DNA of 39,066 nt from Pseudomonadota bacterium (GTDB taxonomy: Bacteria; Pseudomonadota; Gammaproteobacteria; Poriferisulfidales; GCA-002705445): positions 1 to 39,066 of the forward strand of contig JAYZIH010000019.1 in assembly GCA_036165695.1 (NCBI GenBank), read 5' to 3'. The position numbers were made by a program, and so were the translations under genes. Positions 27,204-34,743 of the stretch are shown piece after piece. The notes under the pieces are model-generated. The model was not told the DNA's origin, searched no databases, and saw only the letters and a program-made list of their open reading frames with translations. The stretch's first letter is position 1, and each line of letters begins with the position of its first letter.

Positions 27204-27863
27204 ATGGCATTAAAAGTTATTATAATTGATGATCACACACTTTTTAGAGATGGGCTTAAGACTCTTCTAGTTCGTCATAATATTGAGGTTATTGCATCTT
27301 ATAACAACGGTGCTGATGGAATAAAAGGTATTCAGGATAACTACCCAGACATAGTTCTACTTGACCTAAGAATGCCAGAATCTTCTGGTATAGATATCTT
27401 AAAAAAGATAAAAGCAAAATATAAGCATTTATTAGTTGTCATGTTAACTACTAGTGATGATGAAAAAGATTTAATAGAAGCTCTTAAAAATGGTGCTAGT
27501 GGTTATCTTTTAAAAGACATGGAGCCTGATGATTTAGTTGTTGCGCTAAAAGATATCAATAAAGGAGAAACAATTGTAGCTCCAAATTTAACACAGATAC
27601 TTGCAAAAGTTGTGAAAGGAGACGATAACTCTGAACAAGTCACTAGCCCAGTAGATGATCTTACTCCGCGTGAGAAAGAAATATTAGAGCTACTAGCTGA
27701 AGGGCAAAGTAATAAAATCATTGCTAAGAACCTAGGAATTTCCGATGGGACAGTAAAGTTACATGTAAAATCTATACTCAGAAAATTAGATATACATTCT
27801 CGGGTGGAAGCTGCAGTTATAGCTGTCGAACATGGTTTGAGGAGAAAAACTAACACGGAGTAA
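27204..27863 (+). CDS. NarL/FixJ-family response regulator (REC + LuxR-type HTH)
   Basis: Receiver domain (IIIDDH, phospho-acceptor in VLLDLRMP, conserved K in LLKD). The C-terminal GerE/LuxR HTH reads LTPREKEILELLAEGQSNKIIAKNLGISDGTVKLHVKSILRKL. Confidence 0.9.
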   Translation: MALKVIIIDDHTLFRDGLKTLLVRHNIEVIASYNNGADGIKGIQDNYPDIVLLDLRMPESSGIDILKKIKAKYKHLLVVMLTTSDDEKDLIEALKNGASGYLLKDMEPDDLVVALKDINKGETIVAPNLTQILAKVVKGDDNSEQVTSPVDDLTPREKEILELLAEGQSNKIIAKNLGISDGTVKLHVKSILRKLDIHSRVEAAVIAVEHGLRRKTNTE

Positions 27864-27871
27864 AAGAAAAT

Positions 27872-28042
27872 ATGCAAGGCTGGAAAAAAAATAGAGTTGG
27901 ATTAGGAGTTTTACTAGTGATTTCATCGCTTGTAGCTAACTATGATGATTTTTCAGAAGGACAGAAAGTGTCTTTAATTGCACTATTAGTTTTAGTTTAT
28001 TATCTATATGTAAAATTTCTAAATAATTATCCAAAGGCGTGA
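27872..28042 (+). CDS. hypothetical 56 aa two-helix membrane protein (below ORF-track cutoff)
   Basis: Hand translation gives MQGWKKNRVGLGVLLVISSLVANYDDFSEGQKVSLIALLVLVYYLYVKFLNNYPKA, with two hydrophobic segments. It fills the otherwise empty RR-rhodanese gap. No SD seen. Confidence 0.25.
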   Translation: MQGWKKNRVGLGVLLVISSLVANYDDFSEGQKVSLIALLVLVYYLYVKFLNNYPKA

Positions 28043-28044
28043 AG

Positions 28045-28887
28045 ATGTTTTCTCATATCATTTCTCCGGAAAATTTACTATGTAATTTAGACAAGGAGGA
28101 CTGGATAATATTTGATTGTAGATTTAACCTATTAAAAAAAAATGAGGGTGAAGACCTATATAAAGAGTCACATATTAAAAACTCATATTATATTGATCTA
28201 GAAAAAGATCTGTCTGACTGCAAAAAGAATGGAGGAAGACATCCTTTGCCAAATATTGAACAATTTAAAGAAGTTTTAAATAGATATGGTATAGATAAGA
28301 GAACACAAATTGTTCTTTATGATGATAACAAGGGAGCCATTTGTTCAAGATTTTGGTGGATGTTAAAAAATGTTGGGCATGTAAATGCATGTGTCTTAGA
28401 TGGTGGTTATACCGCATGGAAAGATTTAACCTATCCGTTAACTAACAATCTCTCTCCTAGAAGAAAATCAACGAATAACTCATACTCATACAATAATGAA
28501 GAAATATATACAACAGAAGAAATAAAAAGATTGTTAGACGAAGATAAGATAATTCTCGTAGACGCAAGAGAGGAAAATAGATATTTGGGCAAAGAGGAAA
28601 AGATTGATAAAAAATCTGGACATATACCTGGATCAATAAATTTACCCTATGCAACTAATATAAATGAAAAAGGTTTTTTTAAAAATAATGATGAGCTTAT
28701 TAAAAAATTTGAAATTTTACTAAACGATAACTCTAAGGAAATTGTTCATATGTGTGGGTCTGGAGTAACAGCGTGTCATAATTTACTTGCAGCTGACCTT
28801 ACACAAAAATTTGGCTTACAAAAACTATATATAGGCTCGTGGAGCGCATGGATAGAAGACGAAAATAATAAAATAGGATTAGGATGA
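28045..28887 (+). CDS. tandem-rhodanese sulfurtransferase (3-mercaptopyruvate/thiosulfate sulfurtransferase, SseA-like)
   Basis: Two rhodanese domains, with the active-site loop CGSGVTAC in the second. I prefer ATG 28045 (AAGG 7 nt upstream) over the tracked GTG at 28039. Confidence 0.85.
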   Translation: MFSHIISPENLLCNLDKEDWIIFDCRFNLLKKNEGEDLYKESHIKNSYYIDLEKDLSDCKKNGGRHPLPNIEQFKEVLNRYGIDKRTQIVLYDDNKGAICSRFWWMLKNVGHVNACVLDGGYTAWKDLTYPLTNNLSPRRKSTNNSYSYNNEEIYTTEEIKRLLDEDKIILVDAREENRYLGKEEKIDKKSGHIPGSINLPYATNINEKGFFKNNDELIKKFEILLNDNSKEIVHMCGSGVTACHNLLAADLTQKFGLQKLYIGSWSAWIEDENNKIGLG

Positions 28888-30179
28888 GAAAGAAAAGTTC
28901 AGTATACATGGATGATGAATTATTTGTTTGGCACCCTTATACAACTAGTATTGACCAAAATCCTCTTTATGAAGTTATTAGAACAGAAGGTACAAAAATA
29001 TACCTTTCCTCGGGAGAGATATTAATTGATGGAATGTCATCTTGGTGGTGCGCTATAAATGGCTATAATCATCCAAAACTAATAAAGGCTGCAGAGAAAC
29101 AATTAAGAAAATTCCCTCATGTTATGTTCGGTGGATTTACTCATAAACCAGCTGTATCACTAGCTAAAAAATTAATTAAAATTTCACCAAAAGGTCTTCA
29201 AAAGGTATTCTTTTCAGATTCTGGATCTGTTTCAGTTGAGGTTGCAATGAAATTCGCAATTCAGTATTGGCATGCAAAAGGAGTTGAAAGAAAAAAAAGA
29301 TTCCTTACTGCTAGAGGTGGTTATCATGGAGACACTTTTGCTGCAATGTCAGTTAGCGATCCTGATAATGGGATGCATAATCTATTTAAAAGCTCATTAT
29401 TAAAACAATATTATACTTTTGAACCAGAAAGTTTAGAAAATCATAAGAATTATAATAGTAAAAGCCTAAAAAAGTTAGAAAATATTTTAAAAGATAAAAA
29501 CTCAGAAATAGCGGCAATAATAATAGAGCCAATTGTGCAAGGTGCAGGCGGCATGAAGTTTTATCATAAAGATTACTTAAAGATATTAAAAAAGTTATGT
29601 AAAAAATATAATGTTTTATTGATATTAGATGAAATTGCTACGGGATTTGGTAGAACGGGAAAGTTATTTGCTTGTGAACATGCAAAAATATCTCCAGATA
29701 TTATGTGTGTTGGCAAATCTATAACTGGCGGTACTATGAGTCTTGCTGCAACGATTGTTTCAAAGAATATTAGCAATACTATATCATCAAAAAGTCCTAG
29801 GGTTTTTATGCATGGGCCGACTTATATGGCTAATCCATTAGCATGCTCTGTATCCTTAGCAAATATTGAATTATTAGAATCATATGACTGGAAGAAAAAA
29901 GTAAACAATATAGAAAAAAAACTTTTTCATGAGCTTAATAAAATTTCCGAAAATAAAAATGTTAAAAGCTATAGAGTTCTTGGTGCAATTGGAGTTCTTG
30001 AGATGTATGAAGATGTTAATATAGGTGAAATACAAAAAATTTGTGTACGAGAGGGTATATGGCTTCGCCCTTTTAAGAATTTAATCTATTTAATGCCACC
30101 ATATATTATTTCTAATGCCGATTTAGATTATTTACTAGGGAAGCTTAAGGTTGTCATTGAAGAGCATTATAATAACTAA
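28884..30179 (+). CDS. bioA: adenosylmethionine-8-amino-7-oxononanoate aminotransferase
   Basis: 431 aa class-III aminotransferase with BioA-typical WHPYT, DEIATGFGRTGKLFA and the PLP-lysine region VGKSITGG. ATGA overlap with the rhodanese stop. Confidence 0.9.
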   Translation: MRKKSSVYMDDELFVWHPYTTSIDQNPLYEVIRTEGTKIYLSSGEILIDGMSSWWCAINGYNHPKLIKAAEKQLRKFPHVMFGGFTHKPAVSLAKKLIKISPKGLQKVFFSDSGSVSVEVAMKFAIQYWHAKGVERKKRFLTARGGYHGDTFAAMSVSDPDNGMHNLFKSSLLKQYYTFEPESLENHKNYNSKSLKKLENILKDKNSEIAAIIIEPIVQGAGGMKFYHKDYLKILKKLCKKYNVLLILDEIATGFGRTGKLFACEHAKISPDIMCVGKSITGGTMSLAATIVSKNISNTISSKSPRVFMHGPTYMANPLACSVSLANIELLESYDWKKKVNNIEKKLFHELNKISENKNVKSYRVLGAIGVLEMYEDVNIGEIQKICVREGIWLRPFKNLIYLMPPYIISNADLDYLLGKLKVVIEEHYNN

Positions 30180-30811
30180 AATCTGTATGAAATATTAATC
30201 ATAATTTTCGATACTTTGCTCATTAATTCTTTTACTAAATTAGGAATTTCAATTGATCCTTTAGATGCTGCTAATTCACCATGTTTATTCTCATCAGCTC
30301 TCATTTGTAGTAAGATTTCTCTTGTTTTATGGTCATTAGTTGGAATTTTTTCTAAATGCCCATCAAGATGCCTAGAAACTTGTTTTTCTGTCTCTTCTAC
30401 AAATCCAAGACCTACTTTATCATTGTAAACGCCAGACATTATTCCTATAAGTACTGAACCACAATACCATGCGGAATCAAACACACTTGTTTTGCCACCA
30501 AGCTCCTCTATTCTTTTTTTACACCAGAATAGATGATCCTTTTCTTCTTCAGCAATATCTAACATTAAATTTTTTTGGTCTTCATTTTTTGAAATAAAAG
30601 CATGGCCAATATATAGGCCTTGAGCTGCTATTTCTCCAGAATGATTAATCCTCATTAAAGAGGCAGAGAGTTTTCTTTCTTTTTCATTCATCTCACCTTC
30701 TGAAACATTACTTGCAGGATAGTTTGCATTACTATCTCTTTTACTAGATATAGTATTCAATAGTTCATTTGTCCTTCCTAAGAAATTATCTAATTTTGAA
30801 AAATTTCTCAT
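30176..30811 (-). CDS. coq7: demethoxyubiquinone hydroxylase (Coq7 di-iron carboxylate family)
   Basis: 211 aa with RINHSGEIAAQGLY, EEEKDHL and ADENKHG (E-x-x-H di-iron motifs), as in bacterial Coq7. Confidence 0.85.
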   Translation of the reverse strand: MRNFSKLDNFLGRTNELLNTISSKRDSNANYPASNVSEGEMNEKERKLSASLMRINHSGEIAAQGLYIGHAFISKNEDQKNLMLDIAEEEKDHLFWCKKRIEELGGKTSVFDSAWYCGSVLIGIMSGVYNDKVGLGFVEETEKQVSRHLDGHLEKIPTNDHKTREILLQMRADENKHGELAASKGSIEIPNLVKELMSKVSKIMINISYRF

Positions 30812-31164
30812 ATTAGCTTCCTAAGTAAAACTGTCACTATGACGTGAAATCGTTTTATAAAGAGTGTAATCTTTTCCAGAAATGACAGAGTCTGAAGTGT
30901 ATCTTTTTTAAAACTATCCATAATTTCCTTGAAGTTAACATTCGCAGGGCAATTTTTTTGGCAAGATAGGCATAAAATACAATTATTTATATGAGTCAAA
31001 GATTTCATATTGACTTCAAGATCACCTCTATTAATAGCAGAAATCATGGAGATTCTCCCTCTTGGTGATTCTGACTCATTTTTTGAGATAGCGTAGGTAG
31101 GGCAGTGTTCTAGGCACATCCCACACATTACACAACTTTCATGATCTAGATATTTTATACTCAT
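30808..31164 (-). CDS. small 2x[4Fe-4S]-type ferredoxin-domain protein resembling only the N-terminus of GlcF/GlpC/HdrD-type subunits
   Basis: 118 aa with two CxxCxxCxxxCP motifs (CVMCGMCLEHCP, CILCLSCQKNCP) separated by SPRGRI, as in GlcF. No CCG domains follow. ATGA overlap with the coq7 start. Confidence 0.6.
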   Translation of the reverse strand: MSIKYLDHESCVMCGMCLEHCPTYAISKNESESPRGRISMISAINRGDLEVNMKSLTHINNCILCLSCQKNCPANVNFKEIMDSFKKDTLQTLSFLEKITLFIKRFHVIVTVLLRKLI

Positions 31165-31204
31165 AATAGTGTTGACAAATACATTAATATATTATAACAT
31201 TTTA

Positions 31205-31284
31205 ATATAGTTAATTTCCTCCGACCACCGAACAAATACTGGTGGACAATATGAGCGCAGTACCCTTACTGCGCTCTTTTTTTT
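31205..31284 (+). ncRNA. candidate small RNA (about 80 nt), function unknown
   Basis: Perfect -35 TTGACA at 31172-31177, with -10-like TATAAC (15 nt spacer) or TAACAT (17 nt spacer). An unpaired CCUCC lies at 31218-31222. Hairpin CCACC/GGTGG spans 31225-31245. A canonical intrinsic terminator lies at 31253-31284. There is no + strand CDS within 1 kb upstream. The 5' end is approximate. Confidence 0.3.
31253..31284 (+). terminator. rho-independent terminator (+ strand orientation)
   Basis: GAGCGCAGTA-CCCT-TACTGCGCTC forms a 10 bp perfect stem with a 4 nt loop, followed by T8 (31277-31284). Confidence 0.7.
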
Positions 31285-31630
31285 AGCCATATTTCTTATG
31301 ATAATCCCTTTTTTTCCCTGATCTTTGGGTTACTACCCCTAAGATATTTTTCTTATCTTCTTCCTTAATTTCAATACTTTTGTAGTCCTTATTTAGTGCT
31401 AAAAGATTGATTTTATTAATGATTTCTATCTTTCTTAAAATGAGGCTTTTATCAGTTTCGTAAAGTACATAATCCCCATTTTTTGCATTTACACTTGGAT
31501 CAATGATTACTATACAATCCTTCTCAAATTCTGGATACATACTGTCGTCTAAGACCTGTAGTGCAAAAGGCTCTTGAGCTGCGCAGTTTTCCCCCTCATT
31601 GCTTAATTCTTGATACTTTTTTGGCTCCAT
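31283..31630 (-). CDS. S24-family peptidase domain protein (LexA C-terminal/UmuD-like) without DNA-binding domain
   Basis: 115 aa. VLDDSMYPEF..DCIVIIDP contains the catalytic Ser context (G/D-D-S-M), NGDYVLYE is present, and LILRKI supplies the Lys. No HTH domain and no adjacent umuC. Confidence 0.65.
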   Translation of the reverse strand: MEPKKYQELSNEGENCAAQEPFALQVLDDSMYPEFEKDCIVIIDPSVNAKNGDYVLYETDKSLILRKIEIINKINLLALNKDYKSIEIKEEDKKNILGVVTQRSGKKRDYHKKYG

Positions 31631-31743
31631 TTATACAGTTCCTAGCTTAAAATAGTGATTCTACGATATTTTCTCATATTTTGCTCTAGTTATACTTATG
31701 CTCATGTTATACACAGCTTATACTCAGAAAAAACAGACGTTAA

Positions 31744-31791
31744 CCACATTATATTGTGCTTGACTAATGTACCAATCACATCTTATAGTGT
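31744..31791. promoter_or_regulatory. tandem NrdR boxes upstream of nrdA
   Basis: Box 1 CCACATTATATTGTGC (31744-31759) matches 13/16 and box 2 TCACATCTTATAGTGT (31776-31791) matches 12/16 to the NrdR consensus acaCwAtATaTwgTgt. The two starts are 32 bp apart (about three helical turns), the typical arrangement. Confidence 0.55.
31760..31789 (+). promoter_or_regulatory. candidate nrdA promoter
   Basis: -35 TTGACT (31760-31765), 18 nt spacer, -10 TATAGT (31784-31789). The -10 is overlapped by NrdR box 2. Confidence 0.4.
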
Positions 31792-31825
31792 ATTATTGAA
31801 AAAATAGCTACTAAAATAATAAAAA

Positions 31826-34726
31826 ATGGACACAAATCAAAAAGATCTAGGGCTAGGTGTTGTTAACGTCAAAAATGATGATGCTGTTTCAAGCATAGCT
31901 ACACTCAGCGAAGTGGATTTAATGGCTCCAGGCAAATATAGGGTTGTCAGGAGAAATGGCAGTATTACAAACTTTGATTTAAGTAAAATTACAGTTGCTA
32001 TGACCAAGGCTTTTCTTGCTGTTGAAGGATCACAAGCAGCAGCATCTTCTAGAATTCACAAGATTGTCGAAGATTTATCAAGAGATGTATATCAAGCGTT
32101 AACTCGTAATATTCCTGATGGTGGCACATTTCATATTGAAGATATTCAAGACCAAGTAGAATTGGCTTTGATGAGATCAGGCGAGCATAAAGTTGCACGT
32201 TCCTATGTTCTTTATAGAGAAGAACAATCTAGAAAAAGAATAGATCAAGAATCAAAACAATCAACCTCTGAAGGAGAAAAAGATCTTAACACTGTTTACA
32301 ATAACATTAACGTAACGAATAAGAATGGTGATAGTCAGCCTTTAGATCTTAAAAGATTAAATGAGGTTGTTGCAGAAGCATGCTTAGAAATACAGGATGT
32401 TTCTACAGAGCCAGTAATTTCAGAATTGCAAAAAAATATTTATGATGGTGTTTCTGTTGATGATCTTGCAACAGCACTCATTATGTCTTCTAGAGTACTC
32501 ATTGAAGAAGAACCAAATTATACATACGTCTCTGCTAGACTACTTATGGATAGTTTAAGAAGGGAGGCTCTTAGTTTTGTTTTAGAGAAGGATGTTGAAG
32601 CAACATCAAAACAAATGGCAGAATTTTATAAAGACTATTTTAAACTTTATATTAAAAAGGCGTGTAGTCTAAATTTACTTAGCTCCGAAATTATGGATAG
32701 CTATGATTTAGAAATTTTATCAGAGTCACTACTTCCAGAGAGAGATATGAAATTTACTTATCTGGGATTACAAACTCTTTATGATCGTTATTTCATCCAT
32801 TCGGATGGTACTAGATTTGAATTACCACAAGCTTTTTTTATGCGTGTGGCTATGGGACTTGCATGCAATGAAAAAGAAAAAGAAAATAAAGCAATCGAAT
32901 TTTACAAATTACTATCGTCTTTTAATTTTATGAGCTCAACGCCGACCTTGTTTAACTCTGGCACCCTTCGCCCGCAGCTCTCATCATGTTATCTAAGTAC
33001 AATTCCTGATGATCTGCGGGGCATTTTTGGATCGATTACTGATGATGCTCTTCTTTCAAAATTTGCTGGTGGACTTGGAAATGACTGGTCAAGAGTAAGA
33101 GGCATGGGAACTCATATTAAGGGTACAAATGGCAAATCGCAGGGAGTAGTGCCTTTTCTAAAGGTAGCTAATGATACAGCGGTTGCAGTTAATCAAGGCG
33201 GGAAGCGAAAAGGAGCAATGTGTGCGTATTTAGAAACCTGGCATTTAGATATAGAAGAATTCTTAGATCTTAGAAAGAACACTGGTGATGATCGAAGAAG
33301 AACGCATGATATGAATACAGCAAACTGGATTCCTGATATTTTTATGAAACGTGTAGTTGAAGAGGGTAAGTGGACACTTTTTTCTCCGCATGAGACAGAA
33401 GATCTTCATGATTTATATGGTGAGAATTTTGAGAAGCGATATATAGAATATGAAAAATTAGCTACAGAAGGCAAAGTAAAATATTTTAAAGAGATTAATG
33501 CTGTGGATTTATGGAAGAAAATGCTTGGTATGTTATTTGAAACTGGACATCCATGGATTACTTTCAAAGATCCATGCAATATTAGATCACCTCAGGGTCA
33601 TTCAGGTGTGGTGCATTCGTCAAATTTGTGTACTGAGATAACTTTAAACACGTCTGATGATGAAATTGCTGTATGTAATTTAGGTTCAGTAAATTTAGCA
33701 GCTCATGTTGACGAAAATGGTTTGATGAAAGATAAGCTAGAAGATACCATCACGACCGCAATGAGGATGTTAGATAATGTTATAGATTATAATTACTATA
33801 GTGTTGAAAAAGCTAAAAGCTCTAATTTAAAACATAGACCTGTAGGTCTTGGTGTTATGGGATTCCAAGATGCACTCTATAAACTTAATATTCCTTACGC
33901 AAGTGAAAAAGCAGTAGAATTTGCTGATGAATCAATGGAGTTAGTAAGTTATTTTGCAATAAAAGCATCAACTGACTTAGCTGAAGAGAGAGGAAAGTAT
34001 GAATCCTTTGATGGTTCTTTGTGGGCGCAAGGAATAATGCCTGTAGATTCCATTGGTTTATTAGAAGAATCAAGAAGTAAATATGTAGCGGTTGATCGTA
34101 GTGCAAAATTAGACTGGAATCAGTTGAGAGAAAGGGTCAAAACAGTAGGAATGAGAAATTCAAACACACTTGCAATAGCTCCAACAGCAACGATTTCTAA
34201 TATAACAGGTGTTACCCAGAGCATTGAGCCAACATATCAAAACTTATATGTTAAATCTAACTTGTCCGGTGAGTTTACAGTCATCAATTTACATTTAGTA
34301 AATAAATTAAAAGAGCTAGGTTTATGGGATAAAGTTATGGTAAATGATTTAAAATATTATGATGGTAGTATTTCTTCAATAAGCCGTATACCTGATGAAA
34401 TAAAATCTGTTTTCTCTACAGCTTTTGAGTTAGATGCAAGGTGGCTAATAGAAGCTGCTTCGAGGCGTCAAAAATGGATTGATCAGTCTCAATCTTTGAA
34501 CATATATATGTCGGAGCCTTCAGGGCCAAAACTAGATAATTTGTATAAGTTAGCTTGGGTTCGTGGACTTAAAACCACATACTATTTAAGAACTATGGGC
34601 GCAACGCACGTTGAAAAAAGTACATTAAATGATAATAAGTTGAATGCGGTTGCAGAAAATGACGAATCACAGGAAAGTCAAAGTGTGTGCTCAATTTTAG
34701 ACCCTGACTGCGAGGCATGTCAGTAG
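31826..34726 (+). CDS. nrdA: ribonucleoside-diphosphate reductase class Ia alpha subunit with N-terminal ATP-cone
   Basis: 966 aa with an ATP-cone (YRVVRRNGSITNFDLSKI), active-site NLCTEI, and the TYYLRT region. A C-terminal Cys pair (CSILDPDCEAC) is present. Confidence 0.95.
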   Translation: MDTNQKDLGLGVVNVKNDDAVSSIATLSEVDLMAPGKYRVVRRNGSITNFDLSKITVAMTKAFLAVEGSQAAASSRIHKIVEDLSRDVYQALTRNIPDGGTFHIEDIQDQVELALMRSGEHKVARSYVLYREEQSRKRIDQESKQSTSEGEKDLNTVYNNINVTNKNGDSQPLDLKRLNEVVAEACLEIQDVSTEPVISELQKNIYDGVSVDDLATALIMSSRVLIEEEPNYTYVSARLLMDSLRREALSFVLEKDVEATSKQMAEFYKDYFKLYIKKACSLNLLSSEIMDSYDLEILSESLLPERDMKFTYLGLQTLYDRYFIHSDGTRFELPQAFFMRVAMGLACNEKEKENKAIEFYKLLSSFNFMSSTPTLFNSGTLRPQLSSCYLSTIPDDLRGIFGSITDDALLSKFAGGLGNDWSRVRGMGTHIKGTNGKSQGVVPFLKVANDTAVAVNQGGKRKGAMCAYLETWHLDIEEFLDLRKNTGDDRRRTHDMNTANWIPDIFMKRVVEEGKWTLFSPHETEDLHDLYGENFEKRYIEYEKLATEGKVKYFKEINAVDLWKKMLGMLFETGHPWITFKDPCNIRSPQGHSGVVHSSNLCTEITLNTSDDEIAVCNLGSVNLAAHVDENGLMKDKLEDTITTAMRMLDNVIDYNYYSVEKAKSSNLKHRPVGLGVMGFQDALYKLNIPYASEKAVEFADESMELVSYFAIKASTDLAEERGKYESFDGSLWAQGIMPVDSIGLLEESRSKYVAVDRSAKLDWNQLRERVKTVGMRNSNTLAIAPTATISNITGVTQSIEPTYQNLYVKSNLSGEFTVINLHLVNKLKELGLWDKVMVNDLKYYDGSISSISRIPDEIKSVFSTAFELDARWLIEAASRRQKWIDQSQSLNIYMSEPSGPKLDNLYKLAWVRGLKTTYYLRTMGATHVEKSTLNDNKLNAVAENDESQESQSVCSILDPDCEACQ

Positions 34727-34743
34727 AATTTAGGAGGTAAATT

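Noticed and set aside
31251-31286. An 11-codon mini-ORF (MSAVPLLRSFF) with a GGTGGA SD that overlaps the terminator hairpin, which looks like an attenuator leader peptide.
   Set aside because: No same-strand structural gene lies downstream to be attenuated; the next gene is on the - strand. It also has no run of regulatory codons. It is more simply explained as part of the candidate sRNA or terminator.
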